33,560 bases of DNA from Candidatus Saccharimonadales bacterium (GTDB taxonomy: Bacteria; Patescibacteriota; Saccharimonadia; Saccharimonadales; JBBQAJ01): the NCBI GenBank assembly GCA_038316195.1, contig JBBQAJ010000006.1, forward strand, positions 1 through 33,560, in the 5' to 3' direction. The first letter of the stretch is position 1. Each line of letters starts with the position of its first letter. Position numbers and translations under genes: made by a program. Below are positions 7,675 to 15,855 of the stretch, piece after piece. The notes beneath the pieces are model-generated. The model was not told the origin of the DNA. It did not search any database and saw only the letters and a program-made list of their open reading frames with translations.

Positions 7675-7693
7675 AATTTAAGGAGATAAAAAT

Positions 7694-7921
7694 ATGAACG
7701 AAGCAATCAACACATTAGATTATTTCGATAAGTCAACAGACAAATCACAGCAATTAAATGTTGCTACAAAGATTGGAAATATGATTATTCAGAAAACTAA
7801 AATAGAAGAAGCATCATTACTAAATAATGATTATTTCAATGGACGACTACAAGCATCGTTAGCTGAAGAAGATCGTTTTGTGGAATTATTTGGGTACTAT
7901 CCGGGTGGGCTGGGATTATGA
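7694..7921 (+). CDS. Small hypothetical protein (75 aa), first gene of the trpBA operon
   Basis: AAGGAG at 7681-7686; ATGA overlap with trpB; no recognised motif. Confidence 0.75.
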   Translation: MNEAINTLDYFDKSTDKSQQLNVATKIGNMIIQKTKIEEASLLNNDYFNGRLQASLAEEDRFVELFGYYPGGLGL

Positions 7922-9138
7922 TGTCCAATAATAAAAATCAATATTTCGGTAAATATGGTGGACGATATGTACCAGAAATGCTTCAGCAAACGTTAGAAAA
8001 TTTGGCTCAATCATATGACAAATTAAAAAAAGAAACCAGTTTTCAAAATGAATTGTTTGATTTACAAACTAAATTTAACAATAGACCGACACCATTAGTT
8101 TTTGCAGAGAACCTAACTAATAAATTAGGGGGTGCACAAATCTACCTTAAAAATGAAGGAATGAACCATACAGGGGCACACAAGATTAATCATTGCCTTG
8201 GACAAGCTTTAGTAGCAAAAAGACTACAAAAAACCAGACTAATTGCTGAAACGGGTGCAGGACAACATGGTTTAGCGACGGCAACAGTTGCAGCAAAGAT
8301 GGGATTCGAATGCACTATCTATATGGGTGAAATTGATATGGATAGGCAAAGGCCAAATGTAATTCTTATGGAATTACTTGGTGCAAAAGTTGTACCAGTC
8401 AGTTTTGGTTCTAGAACATTGAAAGACGCTGTAACCTCAGCAATGAAAGATCTTTTACAAAATTCAGATATTACACATTACGTAATTGGTTCGTGTCTTG
8501 GACCGGACCCTTATCCACGCATGAACCGTGATTTTCAATCCATAATTGGCAAAGAAATACACAAACAGCTAAAAATCCTACCGGATTATGTAATTGCGTG
8601 TGTTGGGGGTGGTAGTAATGCTCTAGGAGCTTTTACGGAGTTTTTAAAGTACCCATCAGTAAGTCTGGTTGGCGTTGAAGCGGGAGGTATAAGTTCTAAA
8701 ATCGGTCAACACGCGACTCGTTTTCCTGATGCTAAAATCGGAATATTTGAAGGTTATAAATCGTATTTCCTACAAGACAAAAATGGAAACTCCTCCAAAA
8801 CACATAGTATAGCTGCTGGACTCGATTATATTGGCATTGGACCTGAGCTATCTGAACTCCACGACAGTAAGCGAGTTGAATTTGTACATGCCAACGATGA
8901 TGAAGTTTTGGAAGCAGTAAAAACGCTTGCGATAACCGAAGGTATCATTCCTGCTTTAGAGTCAGCTCATGCAGTCGTTCATGCAATAAAAATCGCAAAA
9001 ATTTTGTCAAAGGATAAGAAAATAGTCGTAAATATATCAGGGCGAGGAGACAAAGATATATTTACGCTCGCTAAACATTTTGATGAGCTTAAGTTTACAA
9101 AATTTTTACGAAAGGAGTTAAATCAATATGACAAATAA
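7918..9138 (+). CDS. trpB: Tryptophan synthase beta chain
   Basis: FGKYGGRYVPE, HTGAHKIN (PLP Lys), AETGAGQHG, CVGGGSNA, EGIIPALESAHA, SGRGDKD. Confidence 0.98.
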   Translation: MMSNNKNQYFGKYGGRYVPEMLQQTLENLAQSYDKLKKETSFQNELFDLQTKFNNRPTPLVFAENLTNKLGGAQIYLKNEGMNHTGAHKINHCLGQALVAKRLQKTRLIAETGAGQHGLATATVAAKMGFECTIYMGEIDMDRQRPNVILMELLGAKVVPVSFGSRTLKDAVTSAMKDLLQNSDITHYVIGSCLGPDPYPRMNRDFQSIIGKEIHKQLKILPDYVIACVGGGSNALGAFTEFLKYPSVSLVGVEAGGISSKIGQHATRFPDAKIGIFEGYKSYFLQDKNGNSSKTHSIAAGLDYIGIGPELSELHDSKRVEFVHANDDEVLEAVKTLAITEGIIPALESAHAVVHAIKIAKILSKDKKIVVNISGRGDKDIFTLAKHFDELKFTKFLRKELNQYDK

Positions 9139-9880
9139 AATAATGACGCATGTAGTGGCTGGATATCCTACGCGTCAATTGTGCGTTGAATTACTTCTAG
9201 GTATGCAGAATTCTGGCGCAACAATGGTTGAAATTCAATTTCCTTTTTCAGATCCAAGCGCTGATGGAGAAATAATAATGAAAGCCAACGAAGTTGCTAT
9301 AGGCAATAATATTACAATTAATAATTGCTTCAAAATGATAGAAGTAGCAAATAAAAACGGGTTAAAAATTCCCGTATACGTTATGAGCTACGCGAATAAA
9401 CTATTTCATTTTGGATATAAAAGGTTCTGTCACAACGCAAATAAATATAATGTCTCAGGCATACTTGTTCCAGATTTGCCATTTGATACTTCAGATTATA
9501 TAGACTTACAGAAACATACTAACAGTTACGGGATAGAACTCGTTCCTGTACTATCACCTGGAATTCAAATTGAACGAGTAAACAATTACGAGCTACATAA
9601 GAAAAAGCTTGTCTATATTTCAAGTACTAAAGGAATTACAGGTAATGATCTACATATTCAGCCTGAATTGTTGAGCTTAATCGAAATAGTGAAATCTAAG
9701 TCTAGCTGTAAGATTGCTCTAGGATTTGGGATTCGATCAAACTTACATGTAGAACAAGCTTTAGAGGTAGCTGATATTGCAGTCGTTGGCAGTGAGGTAA
9801 TAAGAAATATTCATAATAATGAAATTGGAGATGCAATTAAGTTAGTCTCTAAACTTGTTTACGGGTCTAAAGACTCCTAA
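9128..9880 (+). CDS. trpA: Tryptophan synthase alpha chain
   Basis: EIQFPFSDPSADG, VPDLP, GITG, GFGI, VVGS; overlaps the trpB end. Confidence 0.95.
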   Translation: MTNKIMTHVVAGYPTRQLCVELLLGMQNSGATMVEIQFPFSDPSADGEIIMKANEVAIGNNITINNCFKMIEVANKNGLKIPVYVMSYANKLFHFGYKRFCHNANKYNVSGILVPDLPFDTSDYIDLQKHTNSYGIELVPVLSPGIQIERVNNYELHKKKLVYISSTKGITGNDLHIQPELLSLIEIVKSKSSCKIALGFGIRSNLHVEQALEVADIAVVGSEVIRNIHNNEIGDAIKLVSKLVYGSKDS

Positions 9881-9914
9881 ATACGGGCGTTTTCTACTAT
9901 ACTAATGAATAACA

Positions 9915-10946
9915 ATGACTAAACAAGTAATCTTGACAGGACTCAGAGCAAATAATGATCTTCACTTGGGAAATTATTTAGGTGCTCTTTTACCAATTGT
10001 AGACTTGGCAAACTCTCAAGCAGGTAAATATCAAATTAATTTATTTGTCCCAGATTTGCACAGTTTCACAACTCCAATAGATCATACAAAGCTATATAGA
10101 CAAATTATTGTTAGTTTAAAGTTTTTTGTTGCAGCTGGGTTAGATATTAATAACAAAGATTTATTTTTATATAGACAAAGCTTTATTCCAGCCCATAGTG
10201 AACTTGCTTGGATATTAAATTGTTTTACAGGCTTTGGTGAACTTACTCGCATGACAGAATTCAAAGATAAATCAGCACGCATTGGGAAAGATCACATAGG
10301 AGTCGGTCAATTTGACTATCCACCACTAATGGCAGCCGATATATTACTGTACGACGCTTTATACGTCCCAGTAGGGGATGACCAACGTCAGCACTTAGAA
10401 TTTACAAGAACTATTGCAGAAAGATTAAATAACAAATTTGGAAAACTATTTACAATTCCAAAATCAACATCCGAACAGCATGTTTTTTTTGGAAATGATC
10501 AAGGTGTTAGGGTTAGGGATTTACAAGAACCTACAAAAAAAATGAGTAAAAGTGATGAAACTGGTAAAGGCGTAATTTTCTTGAGCGACTCTCCTACATT
10601 AGCAAAGAAAAAAATAATGAGCGCAACGACTGACAGTCTTGGAAGAATAGCGTATAACAGAGCTGAACAGCCAGGCTTGACAAATTTAATAGATATGTTG
10701 GCACAAATGACCAATAAAAGCGTAGGTGATATATGCAAAAAATACGTTGGACATGCTCAATATGGACCATTAAAAAGTGAATTAGCCGATGCAATAGCTG
10801 AATTCTTATCTAAATTTCAATCCAAACTAACAAAGGTAGATGAAAAATCACTAATAAGAAAATTACAAGTTAGTGAAGAAGCTATGAATAAACAGGCAAA
10901 TTTAAAACTTATAAAAATTCAACAAGCCGTTGGACTTAGAAAATGA
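9915..10946 (+). CDS. trpS: Tryptophanyl-tRNA synthetase
   Basis: HLGNYLG, YPPLMAADIL, VPVGDDQRQHLE, KMSKS. Confidence 0.97.
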   Translation: MTKQVILTGLRANNDLHLGNYLGALLPIVDLANSQAGKYQINLFVPDLHSFTTPIDHTKLYRQIIVSLKFFVAAGLDINNKDLFLYRQSFIPAHSELAWILNCFTGFGELTRMTEFKDKSARIGKDHIGVGQFDYPPLMAADILLYDALYVPVGDDQRQHLEFTRTIAERLNNKFGKLFTIPKSTSEQHVFFGNDQGVRVRDLQEPTKKMSKSDETGKGVIFLSDSPTLAKKKIMSATTDSLGRIAYNRAEQPGLTNLIDMLAQMTNKSVGDICKKYVGHAQYGPLKSELADAIAEFLSKFQSKLTKVDEKSLIRKLQVSEEAMNKQANLKLIKIQQAVGLRK

Positions 10947-11791
10947 TAACTTCCCCAAAAGTACCAAAAAAAAGACTTGATCATTATCTTGCGGAAAAAC
11001 ACACTGAAATAAGTAGAGCATTTTTACAAAAACTGTGCACAAATAATCAAATATTGGTTAATGGTAATCCAGAGAAATCAGGCTTCAAGCTAAAACCTAC
11101 TGATAAAGTTGAAGTTTTATATGATATCGAAGGTATGGAGAAAATTGAAGATATTGATTTACCAATAATTTATCAGGATGATTATGTTGTTGTAATTAAT
11201 AAACCTACAGGAATTATTAGCCATAGCAGAGGAAAATTTTGGAACGAGCCTTCAGTTGCATCTTTTATTCGCCAATTAACATGCCAACCCGGTAGTAGAG
11301 CTGGTATAGTTCATCGATTAGATCGTGCGACATCGGGGGTTATGATATGTGCAAAAACACAGTCAGCGTTGGAATTTTTGCAAAAAGAATTCGAAAAAAG
11401 GAGAGTTGAGAAAACTTACATAGCGATTGTAAGTGGTCATTTATCACCGAACCAAGCAATTATCGACATGCCCATAGAACGCAACCCTAAAGCTCCATCA
11501 ACATTTCGGGTTGGCTCAAATGGTAAGTCAGCTCAAACATTATACGAAGTTATAAAATCATCAAAAAACTATGATTTAGTACAGCTATTACCGAAAACTG
11601 GTAGAACTCATCAGCTTCGAGTTCATTTACATCAACAAAAACATCCTATTGTTGGAGACACCTTATATGGTGGAGAAATCTATCCGAGACTTATGTTACA
11701 CGCTGAAAAGTTAAAAATAACACTGCCTAATGGAAAAACAAAAATATTTGTAGCACCCATTCCTCCAGAATTTCAGAAACTTGTGAAATGA
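10943..11791 (+). CDS. RluA/RluD-family pseudouridine synthase with S4 domain
   Basis: RLDHYL, INKPTG, GIVHRLDRATSG, TGRTHQLRVH, PIVGDTLYG. Confidence 0.95.
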   Translation: MITSPKVPKKRLDHYLAEKHTEISRAFLQKLCTNNQILVNGNPEKSGFKLKPTDKVEVLYDIEGMEKIEDIDLPIIYQDDYVVVINKPTGIISHSRGKFWNEPSVASFIRQLTCQPGSRAGIVHRLDRATSGVMICAKTQSALEFLQKEFEKRRVEKTYIAIVSGHLSPNQAIIDMPIERNPKAPSTFRVGSNGKSAQTLYEVIKSSKNYDLVQLLPKTGRTHQLRVHLHQQKHPIVGDTLYGGEIYPRLMLHAEKLKITLPNGKTKIFVAPIPPEFQKLVK

Positions 11792-11798
11792 TTGATAA

Positions 11799-12659
11799 AT
11801 GAATAATTTGTTAATACACCCAACTACTAACCATCAAATGGAAACCCTGATTCAAGCCGAACCCCACAGTATATTAATTTATGGCAGTGAAGGGTCTGGT
11901 AAACAAGCTATTGCACAAGTTATAGCTCTTAATGTGCTTGATATTCAAAGCGTTGCAAACCCAAGAATATTGTATATAAAACGAGATGATACAAGTATCG
12001 GAATTGATCAAGTTCGTACAATACGCGAATTCTTGAAACGAAAAACAACAGGAGAAAAAAGCATCCGTAGAATGATAGTGATTATCGACTCACACTTAAT
12101 GACTGATGAAGCTCAGAACGCCATATTAAAAACCTTAGAGGAACCACCAAAAGACACCATGATATTACTTACTGCTGATGACCCGACCAAACTCAAACAT
12201 ACAATACGATCAAGGACGCAACAATTGATAGTGTTACCAGTGTCAAAAGCTGACGCCAAAACTTATTTTACAAATAAAAAATACAAACAACAGGATATCG
12301 ATTCTGCATTTTATATGAGTGATGGACGCGCAGGTTTGATGAGTTCAATATTAAATGAATCTGACACGCATAAGTTAGTTATTGCAATTGCGAATGCAAA
12401 ACAGTTACTTAATCAATCAAAATATGAAAGATTATTAAAAATAGACACAATGATTAAAGACAAAATAAATTTAAAAAGAGATTTAGTTGGCCTTGAAACA
12501 ATAGTTTCGAGTGGAATTAGGCTAGCAGCTGATAAAAATAATGTGGAATTAGTGCGCAAATTTTATTCTATAAGTAAATCAATAGAAAAAACAAAACAAG
12601 AATTACATGAAAACGGTAACCCTAAGCTATTGCTTACAAAACTATTCTTAAATATATAA
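11799..12659 (+). CDS. holB: DNA polymerase III delta' subunit-like clamp-loader protein
   Basis: YGSEGSGK, IDQVR, AQNAILKTLEEPP, TIRSR. Confidence 0.85.
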   Translation: MNNLLIHPTTNHQMETLIQAEPHSILIYGSEGSGKQAIAQVIALNVLDIQSVANPRILYIKRDDTSIGIDQVRTIREFLKRKTTGEKSIRRMIVIIDSHLMTDEAQNAILKTLEEPPKDTMILLTADDPTKLKHTIRSRTQQLIVLPVSKADAKTYFTNKKYKQQDIDSAFYMSDGRAGLMSSILNESDTHKLVIAIANAKQLLNQSKYERLLKIDTMIKDKINLKRDLVGLETIVSSGIRLAADKNNVELVRKFYSISKSIEKTKQELHENGNPKLLLTKLFLNI

Positions 12660-12733
12660 TACATCTATAAACATGAGCTAAATACTCTTCAGATAGATTT
12701 CTTAATTAATGCCTGTATAATAGGAACTATATT

Positions 12734-13387
12734 ATGTATGAATTAATCCTATTGTTGGGATTCGGAATTTTAGCAACGCGTGGCTCGAAATTACGAGAAG
12801 AAGAACTCTCTCCTTTGCCTCGTAAAATTAGCGACAAGCTTGGAAGACTTTGGGATATAGCACATCAGGGTATGCGTGAAAACAGATTTTTAAGAGCCGA
12901 AAAAGCATTGTTATCAATTCTAAAGATTGATGAAAAAAATGCCGCCGCCTATAACAGGTTAGGAATTTTATACGCCAAACAAAAAGAATTTAAAGACGCC
13001 ATCGACTGTTTTGAAATAGCATCCTCAATTGAACCAACAGCTTCATCCTTACACAACCTAGGTCTTATATATTATGAAACTGAAGATTATCCTAGAGCCT
13101 CAACTGCATTCGAACAAGCAATAACACTTGAAGGTGAGTTAGCTGCCAGACACATTGCCTATGCTAAAGTTCAAGAAAAACTTGGAAATAGTAAACTTAT
13201 GTTACAAGAACTAGAAATTGCCGTGGAACTAGAACCAAATAAAGAAAGCTACATGTTACTAATGAATAGCTATAGGAGTAATGATCAAAATGAAAAAGCG
13301 GATTTGATTCAAAATAAAATACAAAAATTAATTACCCCGTCAGGTTCGTCAAAAAGAATTGTTCGACCAAAAAGAGTCGTAATATAA
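12734..13387 (+). CDS. TPR-repeat protein with short N-terminal hydrophobic segment
   Basis: AAYNRLGILYAKQKEFKDAIDCFEIA and SLHNLGLIYYETEDYPRASTAFEQA TPR patterns. Confidence 0.85.
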   Translation: MYELILLLGFGILATRGSKLREEELSPLPRKISDKLGRLWDIAHQGMRENRFLRAEKALLSILKIDEKNAAAYNRLGILYAKQKEFKDAIDCFEIASSIEPTASSLHNLGLIYYETEDYPRASTAFEQAITLEGELAARHIAYAKVQEKLGNSKLMLQELEIAVELEPNKESYMLLMNSYRSNDQNEKADLIQNKIQKLITPSGSSKRIVRPKRVVI

Positions 13388-13393
13388 GTAAGT

Positions 13394-14236
13394 ATGTCAA
13401 TTGATTCAGAAAAAGTAATCATAAACGGTTCTGTGGTCGATAAAAAGTCAGCAGTTATGTCAATAGCTAATAAGGGCTACTTTTTTGATTTCTGTGTATA
13501 TTCAAGTTTAAAAATTGTTCAAGGTAAGTTATTTTTCCCAATATTTCACGCAGAAAGAATCATTGAGTCTGCAAAAATCTTGCAGATTAAAAATGACTAC
13601 AATATATCTAAAATTACAAAATTACTTGAAAAATTTATTGATGCTAATAATTTCGAGAACGCTTTTGTTAGAATGGTCCTCATTGGAGACATAGATGGCG
13701 TTAATAACGCAGATCTGTATATTTATGCCGTAGGTTCACTAACATTCTATCCAGACAAGCTTTATAAAACTGGTGGAAAAGCTATAACATTTTTGGGTGA
13801 AAGATTATTGCCAAAAGCTAAAACTAAAGACCTATTGCTATCTGTTATAGCGTATAGAGAAGCAAAAACTAAGGGAGCATTGGATGCCCTATTAGTGGAT
13901 AATTTGGGGAATATAAGAGAAGGAACAAGATCAAATATATTTGCAATTAAGGGTGACAAGCTTTTTACGCCTCCAGCTGAACTAGCACTCAAGGGTATAG
14001 CGCAAAAAATAGTTATAGAAATTGCCAAAAACTATATGCAAATAGTGCGAACAAACATACATGCAAGTATGCTTGATGAATTTGAAGAAATATTTATAAC
14101 AAATACTACTATGAATGTTATGCCTATCAGTCAGGTTGATGACAAAATTTATAATACTGATTTTATAAAAACAAAAGATTTGCAGAAACGGTTTAAAGAA
14201 TACATTAGAACATATGTTCTAAACAATGAAATGTAA
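13394..14236 (+). CDS. PLP fold-type IV enzyme (IlvE/Dat/PabC family)
   Basis: HAERIIESAKIL, AKT Lys, EGTRSNIF, LKGI, EEIFITNT. Confidence 0.88.
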   Translation: MSIDSEKVIINGSVVDKKSAVMSIANKGYFFDFCVYSSLKIVQGKLFFPIFHAERIIESAKILQIKNDYNISKITKLLEKFIDANNFENAFVRMVLIGDIDGVNNADLYIYAVGSLTFYPDKLYKTGGKAITFLGERLLPKAKTKDLLLSVIAYREAKTKGALDALLVDNLGNIREGTRSNIFAIKGDKLFTPPAELALKGIAQKIVIEIAKNYMQIVRTNIHASMLDEFEEIFITNTTMNVMPISQVDDKIYNTDFIKTKDLQKRFKEYIRTYVLNNEM

Positions 14237-14280
14237 GATTGCTCTACAGGTTAGTTTTTGGTAAACTTCATCGGTATTGT

Positions 14281-14357
14281 GCCACCTTAGCTCAGTTGGT
14301 TAGAGCGACTGTTTTGTAAACAGTAGGTCGTCGGTTCGAATCCGACAGGTGGCTCCA
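14281..14357 (+). tRNA. tRNA-Thr(TGT)
   Basis: GCCACCT/AGGTGGC acceptor; anticodon arm ACTGT-ttTGTaa-ACAGT; GTTCGAATC; encoded CCA. Confidence 0.97.
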
Positions 14358-14361
14358 TTGC

Positions 14362-14447
14362 GCAGGGTTAGTGAAGCGGTCAAACACAACAGACTGTAAA
14401 TCTGTCGGCTTATGCCTTCGTAGGTTCGAATCCTACACCCTGCACCA
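14362..14447 (+). tRNA. tRNA-Tyr(GTA)
   Basis: GCAGGGT/ACCCTGC acceptor; ACAGA-ctGTAaa-TCTGT; long variable arm; CCA. Confidence 0.97.
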
Positions 14448-14502
14448 AGTAATTCAATTACGGTTATTTAGATAACTTACGTTCTAATTTCGGGCACACT
14501 TA

Positions 14503-14709
14503 CTAATATCGATTCCTAAGGTGTTTAGCAATGCGCCTAAAGTGTCGTCTCATAGCAAAACTATTTTCTAGCAGTTCAGCATCGAGTTCTGGCGATGTAT
14601 CGTTAGAGACATTGTCCGAAATATCATTGTCGTCATATAAATATTGCTCAAAAAATACTTTTGAATTATTTTGCTGTTTGTTATTAATTTCATTGGTTGA
14701 ATGTAACAT
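14503..14709 (-). CDS. Small hypothetical protein (68 aa; acidic middle, basic C-terminus)
   Basis: AAGGGG RBS upstream on the minus strand; candidate CRP-type promoter further upstream. Confidence 0.6.
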   Translation of the reverse strand: MLHSTNEINNKQQNNSKVFFEQYLYDDNDISDNVSNDTSPELDAELLENSFAMRRHFRRIAKHLRNRY

Positions 14710-14807
14710 TGGTCATCCCCTTTATTAGATTTATTTAAACAGCCTAGTATTTAAGTTAACACCCTCCTCCCAAATGATGTGCGTAATATTGTTAGCACAC
14801 TTTAAAT

Positions 14808-14850
14808 AGCATAACTATAATGTTTTCGATTGTCTGTGCCCATTATCACG
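14808..14850 (-). promoter_or_regulatory. Candidate class II CRP-type promoter
   Basis: Minus strand CGTGA-taatgg-GCACA (14850-14835) centred at -41.5 relative to -10 TATGCT (14813-14808). Confidence 0.6.
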
Positions 14851-14990
14851 GGCTTTTAGTGTCAAAGTAGTCCTAATTGCCAATATCAATAGCTCCGCGT
14901 CACAAAGTTAAGTTAAACTTATGACTAAAAATATGCTATTGAGTTGTAATTCTTACGAACTTTAAATTGCGAAGTAGTATACTTAAGCTA

Positions 14991-15668
14991 ATGACTAAAG
15001 ACACACTAGCTGTTATGGCCACAGAAAAAGCTAAAGAAGAAGACTTTGACACATATTTTAGTGATGGACGGTTATTGAAGTATTCAAAAGGAGACACCAT
15101 TGTAAATGGTTTAGATGATCCGCAAGATGTCTTTATCATTAAGGAAGGCTTCGTCAAAGCCTATACCATCACAAAGGCAGGTGAAGAAAATCTTTTGTTG
15201 ATTCACGACACTGGGGAGTTTATTCCCCTGCCTTGGGCTTTAAACGGCTCGCATGCAGACGGTCTATATTATGAAGCAATGTCCGACGTCACGGTATTGA
15301 AAACTTCAAAGGTAAAATTACTATCCGTCATGAGTAGTAATATTTGGTTATCACAGGAAATTCTAAAACAGGCATTGCACATTATCACTAATTACTCTCA
15401 AAGAATTCAAGCATTAGAGTTTCGTACTGCTAGGCAAAGGATTGTTGCTGAGCTATTAAACCTTGCAGAGATGTTTGGTAAAATGAACGGCAAAATAGTC
15501 CTTATAGAGGCACCTGTAACTCACCAAGATATAGCTAACTCAATTAATATGACTCGTGAGACCGCAAGTCGAGCACTAGGCTTGCTTTTTGAGGAGGAAC
15601 TTTTAGGTCAAAACGAACACTTTATTACAATTTTAGATTATACAAAGTTACAAAATGAGCTTGGTTAG
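14991..15668 (+). CDS. CRP/FNR-family transcriptional regulator
   Basis: cNMP-binding fold (FIIKEGFVKAY...GE); HTH THQDIANSINMTRETASR; start placed at ATG 14991, 7 nt after TATACT. Confidence 0.92.
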   Translation: MTKDTLAVMATEKAKEEDFDTYFSDGRLLKYSKGDTIVNGLDDPQDVFIIKEGFVKAYTITKAGEENLLLIHDTGEFIPLPWALNGSHADGLYYEAMSDVTVLKTSKVKLLSVMSSNIWLSQEILKQALHIITNYSQRIQALEFRTARQRIVAELLNLAEMFGKMNGKIVLIEAPVTHQDIANSINMTRETASRALGLLFEEELLGQNEHFITILDYTKLQNELG

Positions 15669-15669
15669 T

Positions 15670-15705
15670 AATAGAAAGACCCCCGATTACTATGCCAAGG
15701 GTCTT
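15670..15705 (-). terminator. Hairpin/terminator downstream of the CRP gene, better formed on the minus strand
   Basis: Minus strand AAGACCCTTGG-catagtaa-TCGGGGGTCTT followed by TCTATT; G-U pairs favour minus-strand RNA. Confidence 0.55.
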
Positions 15706-15780
15706 GTGACATGATACCTAATAAATTGATACGGGCAATCATGAACAAGTTATATTAAACGTTAAATCTGACAAACAATC

Positions 15781-15796
15781 TGTGTGCTTCGTCACG
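15781..15796. promoter_or_regulatory. Second CRP-box-like site
   Basis: TGTGT-gcttcg-TCACG, 8/10 match to TGTGA-N6-TCACA. Confidence 0.45.
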
Positions 15797-15855
15797 TCGC
15801 ATAACAGAATAGCTTTCATAAATTTAATTTTTAGGAATAAAATGTATTCTTTTCC

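Noticed and set aside
7694-7921. 75-aa ORF as chorismate mutase or TrpR
   Set aside because: Lacks the AroQ Arg-rich catalytic pattern and any recognisable TrpR HTH.
14531-14728. + strand 65-aa ORF opposite the 68-aa minus ORF
   Set aside because: No RBS; the minus-strand ORF has an RBS and a candidate promoter.
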